Below are positions 54,101 through 64,000 of a stretch of DNA of 64,000 nt, one piece after another (the first letter of the stretch is position 1; each line of letters opens with the position of its first letter). The translations under genes and the position numbers were made by a program. This DNA is from Lama guanicoe (lineage: Eukaryota): NCBI GenBank assembly GCA_013239625.1, contig MU054187.1, positions 19,625,929 to 19,689,928 of the forward strand, in the 5' to 3' direction. The notes below the pieces were generated by a model. It saw only the letters and a list, made by a program, of their open reading frames with translations, had not been told where the DNA came from and did not search any database.

Positions 54101-57100
54101 GAGGGATAAATTGGGAGTCTGAGGTTAGCAAGTACAAACTACTATGTATTAAATAGATAAACAACAAGGTCATACTGTATAGCACAAAGAACTATATTTA
54201 TTATCCTGTAATAAACCATAATGGAAAAGAATATGTATGTATATATATATATATAACTGAATCACTTTGTTGTACACCAGAAACTAATACAACATTGTAA
54301 ATCAACTGTAGTTGAATAAAAAAAAAAGAGATGCATTTAAAATGCAGTGATTCAAAAGGACTACAAACAAGAGTGGAAAAGATTTACCAGGCAAATGGAA
54401 ATAATGAGAAAGCAGGGATTGCAATTCTTAAGTCAAAGCAGACTTGAAGTCCAAACATCAAAGTACAATACAGAATGTACTTTCTTTTCAGTGCATATGG
54501 AAGTTTCACAAAAATTAATCATATACTGGACACAAAGAAAATGTAAAGTCCCATTAAATATATTTATTACAAGGTAAAAAAAACTACAAATTAAAAATGA
54601 AGTTAAAAAAGAAAAAAAAAGCATTTCCTTGTGGAAATTTAAGAACACAACTCTTGGGTAAACAGGGAAATATAAACAGAAGATATAGATTTTTCTGAAA
54701 AATAATTACGATGAAAACAATCAGAATCTATGGGATACATTTAGAGCAGTAATCAGATAAAAATTCATAGCCTAAATACTTATATCAATAAAAATCAAAG
54801 CATAATAACAAACTTCCTATTTTAAAAGGGGGAAAAAAAGGAAACAACAAAATATACCAAAAGAAAGCACAATGATGAAAAGACTAAAGCAGAGAGGAGA
54901 AGAGCAGGAGATCAAATTAATCATCAAAATCGTGGTTCTTTGAAAAAACAGACAAAAATAAAAACCCTTGCAAAGTAACTGAATCGAGATTTTTAAAAAG
55001 AAGAAAGCACAAATATACAAAATACAAAATGCTAAGAGGAAGATAACTACTGATACAGAGAGGCCAGGAATAAATCACAGGAGTCTACCTTGCACACCTC
55101 TGTGCAAACAATTTGAAAACTTCAGAAAGTGGGTAATTGCTTAGGCTGTGGACATGTTCCAGATTCAAGGTGGTGAAAGAGACGTGGCAACTAACTGTAC
55201 ACCTGAAACTAACATTGTCAGTCAACTACACTTCAGGAACAATTTTTTAAAAAAAGAACGTTACTAGGCCAACTGCCAAAACTGAATACATATGGATGGT
55301 AGATTAGATAAATTTATGAAGTCAATAATTGTATGATGATTATGGGAGAGAATATCCCTATTCTTAGGAAAAAACAAACTGAAGTATTTAGGGTTAAAAG
55401 AGCCATTATCCAAGGAAATTACCATGAAATAGTTCAGAGGAAAAAAGGAGCTATATGTACAAATACACACACACAAATAGAGACAGAGAGAAGGCCTGAT
55501 AGAAGGATAAAGCAAACGAGACAAAATGTCAACAATGGGTAAATCTGAGTAGAGTGTATTCTACTGTTTCTTGTAGTATTTTATTCTTCAAATTTTGTTA
55601 TATATTAGACTATCTTCAAATAAAAAGTTTTAAATGACATTATAGAATAAGAAATATGGCACTGATCCCATGTCTATTAATAAAAAATTTCATTTCTAAA
55701 GAAAAGTCAGTCCTCAGAATATTAAGTTATCTGGAAACTTTAGGGAGGAAAATGAAAAAAGCTTACCCATGGATGGGAAGGCAAAGGAGCCTTTCCATAT
55801 TAGAAAGAATAATTCTCAGAGTCTCTGGTGTTCTGGAAGAGCCCAACTCTGTCATCAAGAGTGATTTGGTAACATCTTAAAAAAACAGGTTTTAAATAAT
55901 CACTAGTTTGTTAGTAAGAATTCTGGTCAAACATTTGACCCTTGTAACTGTTAAGAAAAAAAAAAGGACATTTACTTCCCTCTTCCTAGTTGTATCATAT
56001 TTATTTCTTTCTAAGGCTTTAAATATTAAAATACTGATCAATTTATTATCTCTTTGATTTTTTTTAAGACCACCCCCCTAAAAGTGTAGGATATAACCAA
56101 TTTGCCTGCACGATATGATGCCTTTAGTGGGAAACCAACAAATCAAATGGCTTATGTATCTTTAAAAAGTGGAATTTAGATAATAATAAATAATTTATAT
56201 ATAGATTTAAAATAAAACAAATACTAAAATTAAATGGTAGCTCTTTCAACTGATTTCCATTTACTAACTTGATAGATCATCCAATACATTCCACTCTCTC
56301 TTTGAAAGATCATGATGGAAGCTCAAGACACACTCAACGCTCTTGGCTAACAGGCTCCCCTCCAGCACGCCCCACACTTTACCTCCTCCCACAGCTGAGA
56401 TGAGGGCTCACCAGCTTGTTCAAATATGCTCATAACTGCTGTACTCTGCTAATGATCACTTAACTTGTTTAAGGAAAGTGAAAAAAATAACTAGAAAAAG
56501 GGAAAGAGTTGTTCCCATGAAAGCTCCCGCATTCCTTCAACTCTAAGATGCACATTTTTTCACGTTAACATCTCAAATATTAGGATGCATCTACCAGTCC
56601 CTGGCGTGTTAGGATTCAATGGGAAGGAAATAAACTAAAAGTCTGCTATCAAATTAAGGGTTTGAGGAGAAAAATTATAAAAGCGTAGGAGGATTCTGAA
56701 CCTAGATCATTTCCCAAGTATCTTTAAGTTTTTGCTGCGCTTAAAAGAATCTGACGTGGAAACTGGAGGATGTTGGACATGGCTTAGGGAAGAAGGTGCC
56801 TCAAAACCGCAGTGAGCTGTCGCAGAAAAAGAAGACTTAAAAGGCCAGTAAAACTCATTAAAAAATGCATATGCCTCATTTTTAATGATTCTCAACTTGA
56901 AGGGACTTTTCCTTCTCAATTTCCTAATAAGTGGTCTCAGTGGCATCAGAGCAGAGGAACTCTACGAAGAATCTGAGATGCAGTGGCTGAAACAGTAACT
57001 CTGGGATGTGGTGAGGGCAGGGAGCGGTTCTAACTCATCTCCCACTCCAGCCCCTAAGAAGCCTCAAGCCTCCAGTGTCCTCTGTTCAACTGCCCTTGCC

Positions 57101-60100
57101 TCCCCTGTTTCCACCACCACATCCAAAACCACCATCACAGTTAAAAAGTACAGGGAAAATAGACACGCTTTATGAATCAGTTAGCACTTGGTGAATTCCA
57201 GAGGTTAACATTTAAAAAAAAATAACATACGAGTACGTAACACCAAAAATCAGAGGCGAAACCTACCTTCTTGGTGTGAAACCTGGAGTTTTTGACCGTT
57301 GCAAAAGGCACCTCTTCCTTTCCTGCCAGTATACATCTTATCCTCCATGCAACTGTATACAATTCCAAATTCCATCTGCAGAAGGAAAAGTTTACTTTAC
57401 CAAGCTTGAGTATTTTTCTTCATTCAACCAATACTTTTTCTAAGAAAGTAACTGTGGTATACTAATAATGTTTTCAAACGGCTACACTGGGGGATATGTA
57501 AAGTGGTAATTCACAGCTTAATCAGAGGAAAGAGGTCATCAGACCCAAATCTTTGCCACTGTCCCAATCATTTGTCAGCTTAAGGGCACCCACCTTGACC
57601 TCTCTCTTTCCTGCCTCAGATGAAGAAAGACCTTTCCTGTTTTCTAAGGTGAGCCCTTCCTCCTGTGTTACGTCTTTGCAAAACTGCTCCATCAGCTGAT
57701 CCCTCCTCTCTTGGATTTCGATTCTGGTAACTTCTCATCAAATTTCTTCTCCCATACAAAACCTTTGAAATGCTACATTCTCCTTTTCTCTTCACTGCCA
57801 GAGTAGTTTACACTTTGCATCTCCTGTTCTCCCAGCACATCACAATTAGGCTTCTGCCCTGAGCACGCGTTCTCCTGAAACTCCCTGCAAAGAGATCATC
57901 AATGAACTCTTGCTGACAAAGCCTTCTCTGCAGATCTAGAGACTGCTGAGCATCCTCAGTTAGCCCCATACTTCGTGTACCTGGCCGTGTTCTCTTCATC
58001 CCCCTCGCTCACTAACTCATCTACCTTCATGTCACTTTTTCTTATGTCCTTCTTCTCTGCCTGACCCTTAAAAGTTGTGCACTCAGGGGGTTTTCATTCT
58101 TCCTTTTCTTCCGTTTACCTTTTAGCTCTCTCTATTCATACAGGTTTGTTCTTTCTAGTCCACAAATTCAGCTACCACTAGAACTGTGGCTCCCACCGAC
58201 CCCGTCCACCCGGGTAAGGGGCTAGGCTTCATGACCTCACCTTGTGGAAAACAGCCAAAGAGGTCAAATTCACTCTCGACCTGATCACACCTCATTCCTC
58301 CCCCACTAGCCACTTCCTGCAAATTTCATCTTGAAAACACTTCCTGATTTGGGCCATTTCCTCAGCTATTCTCACCACCCCTATCTGAGTCCAGAATCAC
58401 TCATCCTTCTGGCATAATCTCTAGTAGTGGAATTATCCACTACTCTGAACTTAAAAATCTCCACTCGTTTCCTACCACCTAAAAACAAAATCTAAATGCT
58501 CCAGCATGGACACGCCACGGCGCGTCACAACAAGACAACATCTACCTCACCTCATCAGTTCTGCTCCTGCCACTCTGAGTCACTCACCGTGAACATCTCA
58601 CCATTCCCCCAACACATCATGCTCTTCCCCAAACTGTTCTTTCTGATGAAAATGCTTTCCTTTTCTTCTTTATCTGCCAAACTCCTAATTTGCCAAGACC
58701 CAACTCATATGACCAAATTCTAAGACCCTTTCTACTTACCATAGAGATTTCCCCAAACACTCTTGGCAGAACTGGTTACACCCTCTTCATGTTGTCACAG
58801 TACATTTTTTCCCCCATAGTTCCACCGTATATTACCTTTACCTGTTCACACATCTAACTTTTGCACTGAGCTGGGAGTTCAACAGCCCAGGGCTGATTAT
58901 ACGAGAAATGCTCACTCATCTCCTTTTGAAGGACAACTGATTCACACAATCCTGTGCCTAAGATTTCAAGTGTGCTATCTGTATTTTTATTTTCAGAGAT
59001 TTCTTAACTCTCTTGTGTACATGCTCATCAGATATATCACAAGCTCCCTGAAGACAGGGATGTAAGATGCTAGTAAACATCATTCATTTTCTGACTAATC
59101 AAATAGCCAAACGCACAGAAATGCAACACACATAGACTGTACTCTACGGGGTTTTAGATGTAGCAAGTATGTGGGTGCCTGATCATTCCCTGCATTTTCT
59201 AGCCATGCTTTGTCCCCAACCACTTCCTGGTCTTCCCTTCACTGACACCTATTAAAGCATTCCCAGCTCAAATCCCAGCTCTTCCACTCGGTATTTCCCA
59301 TTCTACATCAACTCCTATCACATTGGACTCCATCACGTATACAGTGGGGATTAAATACTGAACGGTATTTCAGTTACTCATGTGCATTTTTTCCTTATCC
59401 AGTCTTCTCAGAAAACATTACATTTTCTTCACTGGAAAAAGCATCAGGATAAGTTTAACAGTTCTATAGCTTATTTTGAAATAATGCAGCTACATAAATT
59501 GAGGATAGAGATAAACCTAAATTTATTATGGAGACACATTTACTTTTTCTCAGAAAATGAGAGCAAGGCATTTCACCCACCATAAATTTAAATGACATAC
59601 CTTTTTATTTACAACAAAGCCAATTGAAACAGCTACAAAAGGAAATCTAAAAAAAAAAAGAAAGAAAATAAAAAGAAACAAGTTTACCAAGAGACAACAT
59701 ATTTTCAATAAACACTTCTTTTCATAATACAATTGCTTACAAATTTTTTCAAATGAACAGTCTCATCTCTCCTCCCCCAGAACTGTGTGCACAGTACAAC
59801 CCTCTGTATAAATGGTGGGGGCGGGAGAGGGTAGCACAGACAGATGCATACACACAGGATGCTTCTACAGACAGGAGACATCTCTGAGAGGATCCACAAG
59901 AAACCGGTAACAGTGAGCACCTCCAGAGATGGGTCCTGAGAAGCTGGGGTCGGAGGTGGGATGGACACTTAACACTCATGCCATTTTATACCTTCGGAAT
60001 GCCCAATGCCATGAATACAGTAACTATGTAACATTTTTTTTCAGAAAATAAAAACAAATTTTAACAAAAATGGGATCATACTCGACACTATACTATAATC

Positions 60101-61251
60101 ACTATGTTACATTATTTTATGAGCATCTTTCCATGTGAACATTCCATCACATACAGACTCTAGATCTTACCTTTATGACTTTAACAAGTCTATTAGTAAA
60201 GATATGTAACACTACATGGCAACTTCAAATACAACAACTATGTGTAATGCCACCAAACCAGGCTACTCATTTGAACCCTCACTGGCAATTCCATCAGGCT
60301 TTCTTCTATATATATTGAATAATATACCTACTTTGTATATATATTCTATATATACACTATTCTACAGAGTAGTATTCTATAGAATACTATGTATTTTATA
60401 TAATATATAGAATATATGTGTGTGTGTGTTATGTAATGCCACCAGGCTACTCATTTGAACCCTCACTGGCAATTCCATCAGGCTTTCTTCTATATATATT
60501 GAATAATATACCTACTTTGTATATATATTCTATATATACACTATTCTACAGAGTAGTATTCTATAGAATACTATGTATTTTATATAATATATAGAATATA
60601 TGTGTGTGTGTGTGTTATATACTTACTTTGTGCCAGGCACTATACTAAGTTCTTACATAAATGTACAACTCATTGAGTCCCATCAACAAGCAATTCTATG
60701 AGGCAGGTACCATTAATGTGTCCATTTTACAGAATAAAAAAAAATTGAGGTTTAGGAAGATAAAGTAATTTGCCCAAGGTCACACATCTTAAAAACTCAT
60801 GCTCTTTTTAACGTTTTTTCTCCTGGATTGAACCCCTTCTATACAGATAACACTCCAGTACTGAGTGAGTGAGTTCCTTAATTGACCTCAAAGCAGCAAA
60901 GCTACTTGCACACATTTTTATATGGTTTCAACAGTGAGGAAAAGAATGGTGACCAGGGCACTTCGCTGCATAAGACAAGTTTACAACATTAATATTTCAT
61001 CACCTCCTCCACAGCTGATGAAAATTCTGCATAATGTTTTACTCTACAAATTACACAATTCTCTAAAGATATATTTGTGAACATGTTTAATGGCCTATTC
61101 AGTTAATATACAAACAGTAATTACAATATGAAAATTATAAAAATACCCGTGTACGAAATTAGTTGTTCCATCAATAGGGTCGATGATCCACGTCGGGTTG
61201 TCAGTTAAGATGCTTTTCTCCCCAGCAGCCACAGATTCCTCGCCGATGAAG
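51077..61251 (-). CDS. IMPA1: IMPA1, inositol monophosphatase 1; partial spliced CDS, join(61147-61251,59601-59646,57267-57375,55767-55875,52044-52195,51077-51192); N-terminal ~66 codons lie outside the window
   Basis: Manual splice and translation gives ...[211 protein letters not shown]. This contains the IMPase motifs GEES, DPIDGT and WDxAGA. 637 nt visible, all introns GT-AG, phases consistent. Confidence 0.97.
52044..52195 (-). CDS. IMPA1: IMPA1 coding exon, 152 bp ([12 protein letters not shown]...[25 protein letters not shown])
   Basis: Acceptor tttgttag, donor gtaaat; second IMPase signature; seen in ORF 52024..52209. Confidence 0.97.
52700..55640 (+). mobile_element. Intronic L1 cluster: L1 ORF2 3' part plus 3'UTR (about 53040-54328) and an older ORF2 endonuclease-region fragment (about 54335-55145) within an old L1M 3' region
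   Basis: ccacatgtaaatcaatgaagttagaacactgcctcacaccatacacaaaaataaactcaaaatgg ORF2 motifs; poly-A at 54318-54327; lies antisense to IMPA1. Confidence 0.85.
55767..55875 (-). CDS. IMPA1: IMPA1 coding exon, 109 bp ([18 protein letters not shown]...LPIHG)
   Basis: Acceptor ttttttaag, donor gtaagc; [10 protein letters not shown] motif. Confidence 0.96.
57267..57375 (-). CDS. IMPA1: IMPA1 coding exon, 109 bp (MEFGIVYSC...LQVSHQE)
   Basis: Acceptor ccttctgcag, donor gtaggt; translation matches the IMPA1 segment [27 protein letters not shown]. Confidence 0.96.
57500..59105 (+). mobile_element. Ancient L2 LINE remnant (approximate)
   Basis: CT-rich degenerate sequence with L2-like motifs (ctgaaactccctgcaaagagatcatcaatgaactc; aagctccctgaagacaggga). 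Confidence 0.55.
59601..59646 (-). CDS. IMPA1: IMPA1 coding exon, 46 bp ([15 protein letters not shown])
   Basis: Long poly-T tract plus ag acceptor, donor gtatgt; peptide visible inside ORF 59550..59732. Confidence 0.95.
60243..60618. repeat. Tandem duplication, two near-identical copies of ~189 bp
   Basis: tgtaatgccacca...ggctactcatttgaaccctcactggc...(tg)n tt occurs at 60243 and 60432. Confidence 0.95.
60620..60800 (-). mobile_element. MIR SINE fragment
   Basis: acttactttgtgccaggcactatactaag...ccattttacaga...aagtaatttgcccaaggtcacaca MIR core. Confidence 0.75.
61147..61251 (-). CDS. IMPA1: IMPA1 coding exon, 105 bp (FIGEES...[11 protein letters not shown])
   Basis: Acceptor tttcag, donor gtattt; encodes the metal-binding EE and DPIDGT motifs. 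Confidence 0.97.
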
Positions 61252-61519
61252 CTGAAAGCAAAAATGACAACGCCGAATCTTTACATTGCTTTCAACAGTT
61301 TTCAAACCTTAATCTATACAGAATCTACTAGAAAACATAACAAAAGTCTATACACTACACTTTTCTATTGTTGTTTCTTTTTTTTTCAGACTGCTGAAAG
61401 TGAGAAAGCTTTATTTCCCCCAGAGCAAAGTTATGTGAAAAATAACAGACTTCGAAATTCTCAAATGCAATACCAGGATACGTAAAGGCTAACATGCAGA
61501 AAGGCCATTTATTGCAGAT

Positions 61520-62085
61520 GAGAGCCTATGAAGGAAATGTGGTGGTCTTAAAATTAAGTCCACGAATTCTCTCAAACTACTCTCCTCAACAGGTAGCGCC
61601 TAACACCTGCTGCCTTGAGTGTGAATTTGGACTAAGTGACTCGTTTCTAACCAACAGAACACAGTGGAAGTGACAACGTGCAAGCTGTGGACTCGCACAT
61701 CAAACGGCACTGTGGTTTCCATCGTATTCACTCTATTTCTCCCTGCCTCCCCTTCCCTATGGCCAAATGGGGGAAGCCGGCCACCACGTTATGAGCTGCT
61801 CTGTGGAGGGACCCACACGGTGAGGAGTTGAGGGAAGCTGCCTGCAGACAACCCATGAGGAACTGAAGTCACCAACAACTACTGAAAGACATGGATCCTT
61901 CAGCCCCAGATGAGCCTCAAGATAACTGACGTTTTGACTATAACTCTATGAGACCCTGGTCAGAACCATGCAGCCCGGCATCTCCCATATTCCTGACCCT
62001 AGAAAACTCTAAAATGTTTGTTGTCTAGAGCTGCTAAGTTTTTAGGTAGGGTGATTTGTTACAGACAAGATAGAGAACATTAATA
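61520..62085 (+). mobile_element. MLT1-type MaLR LTR
   Basis: tgtggtggtcttaaaatt...gtgactcgtttctaaccaacagaacacagtggaagtgac...gatccttcagccccagatgagcctcaagataactg...agatagagaacattaata. Confidence 0.75.
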
Positions 62086-62809
62086 ACTCAATGAGAAATC
62101 AAATCACCCATCAAAATTACTGTGTCTACATGCCTTCCTGAAACACGATACACAGTAAATCTCAGATAAATTATAGAAACGGTGTCTGAGTTCATTGGAT
62201 TTCTTCTTTCTTTTCCTACTTTTAAAATTTATACCCTTTATTCAATACTGTACGGTCCTAATAATCATTGTCATGACTTTTTCTTTTATCTCTTTCTCTC
62301 TTAGCTGTAAACCTTTTTATTGAGAGGAAGCATATTTAGCTGCTTTAAACATTTTTTTTTCTTCTCAGTGGCTAACATACCAATGGCATGACCAGGAAGT
62401 AGAGGATGACAATGTTAAGACTTTAAAGTGATGACAATGTTTCTGCTATATTTCTGTGCCCATAAGAGAGCCCTGATTTCAGTATTTTCTCTCAAACTCC
62501 TTAAAGTTACCATGACTTTAGCACCTAAAAAGGTTTGCAATATAGAGAAAAAAACTGAACTTCTAGATTTTGCCTATGACAGACATTTGTCACATTAACT
62601 TCCCAGCATCCAAACACTCCTCTTACTATAAAGGAATCCAAATATTTCCTGTTCACTGCTCCCTGCAAGCTTAAGCTTAGGCCAACAACTTGAGCTCAGC
62701 AAGCAAATACTCTTGCCCAGGATTTGTAATCTGGAGCCCAATGGGGCAAAGATACCCAAAGCTCAGAGAGTCAGGACTGAGGTTACCATGAGGATCTGAA
62801 GCAATGACT

Positions 62810-63957
62810 CCTAACCCAAAACCTAATCCTAACCCTAACCCTAAACCCTAACCCAAACCCTAACGCTAAACCCTAACCCCAACACCAAACCTAACCCTAA
62901 CCCTACCCCAAAGCTCAGAGAGTCAGGACTGAGGCTACAGGTAGCATCTGAAGCAATGGCTCCTAACCCCAACCCTAACCCTAACACTAACACTCACCCG
63001 AACCCTAATTTAACCACAACTCTAACCCAACCCAAACCCTAACCCTAACCCTAACCCTAACTCCTAACCCTACCCTAACCCCTAACCGTAACCTCTAACC
63101 CTAACCCCACCCTAACACTAAACCCTAACCCCAACCCTAAACCCTAAACCCAACCTCTACCCTAACCCTAACCCAAACCCTAACCCTACCCTAACCCCTA
63201 ACCGTAACCCCTAACCCTAACCCCAACCCTAACCTAACCCTAACACTCACCCGAACCCTAATTTAACCACAACTCTAACCCCAACCCAAACCCAACCATA
63301 GCCCTAACCCTACCCTAACCCTAACCGTAACCTCTAACCCTAACCCTAACCCCACCCTAACACTAAACACTAACCCCAACCCTAAACCCTAAATCCAACC
63401 TCTACCCTAACCCTAACCCAAGCCCTAACCCTACCCTAACCCCTAACCCTAACCGTAACCCCTAACCCTAACCCCAACCATAACACTAAACCCTAACCCT
63501 AACCATAACCTCAAACCTAACCCTAAACCTAACCCTAACTCTAAACCCTAACCCTAACCCAAAACTCAGAGAGTCAGGACTGAGGCTACAGGTAGCATCT
63601 GAAGCAATGGCTCCTAACCCCAACCCTAACCCTAACCCCAACCCTATATTAACCCCAACTCTAACCCAACCCTAACCCTAACTCTAACCCCAACTCTAAC
63701 CCCAACCCTAACCCTAACTCTAACCCTAACACCAACCCTAACCCCAACCCTAATCCTAACCCCAAACCTAACCCCAACCCTAACCTTAACCCTAATCCTA
63801 ACCCCAACCCTACTTTAACCCCAACTCTAACCCCAACCCTAATTCTAACCTTAACCCCAACCTTAGGCCTAAACCCTACCCTAATCCTAACCCTAACCTT
63901 AATCCGAACCCTAACCCTAACACCAACCCTAACCTCAACCCTAACCCTAACCCTAAC
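62810..63957. repeat. Degenerate interstitial telomeric array, (CCCTAA)n plus variants, interrupted by copies of a ~56 bp unique spacer
   Basis: About 1.15 kb of ccctaa/ccccaa/cccaaa/cactaa/ctctaa/ccgtaa units; spacer cccaaagctcagagagtcaggactgagg...atctgaagcaatg[a/g]ctc at 62755, 62907 and 63558; unique DNA resumes at 63958. Confidence 0.95.
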
Positions 63958-64000
63958 TAGCTCTCCTGGTTTTCTCCCTGGTTCCTGCCTGAGTCCTGCT

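Noticed and set aside
62281..62350. Possible upstream IMPA1 exon (the one ending ...IKEKYPSHS)
   Set aside because: Only superficial similarity; no matching translation or splice sites. That exon is probably beyond 64000.
62755..63613. Repeat-spacer pattern superficially like a CRISPR array
   Set aside because: Mammalian DNA; the intervening segments are variable-length telomeric hexamer tracts, there are only three 56 bp blocks, and there are no cas genes.
62810..64000. True chromosome end (telomere)
   Set aside because: Unique sequence flanks both sides, the repeats are highly degenerate, and C-rich-on-plus orientation is wrong for a right-hand terminus.

Overview
Mammalian genomic DNA, most likely camelid, inferred from six Vic-1-like tRNA-derived SINEs and young L1 3' ends. 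The only protein-coding gene I can support is IMPA1 (inositol monophosphatase 1) on the minus strand. Six coding exons lie between 61251 and 51077, all with GT-AG boundaries, consistent phases and intact metal-binding motifs, followed by a 3'UTR running to about 49.6 kb. The 5' exons are not in the window. The left ~49 kb is repeat-rich intergenic DNA: L1s of several ages, a decayed ERVL gag-pro-pol remnant, MaLR and MER41-like solo LTRs, Tigger1 and MER5 DNA transposons, and SINEs. Almost all ORFs in the supplied track are spurious or repeat-derived. I found no new multi-gene system. The most unusual feature is a ~1.15 kb degenerate interstitial telomere-type array (62810-63957) apparently inside an IMPA1 intron. 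It is punctuated by copies of a ~56 bp unique flank, has higher-order structure, and is oriented so the pre-mRNA would carry UUAGGG-type repeats. Also notable: a second short telomeric insertion, a twin-primed inverted young L1, a palindrome-containing ~189 bp tandem duplication, and speculative minus-strand promoter/non-coding exon modules.
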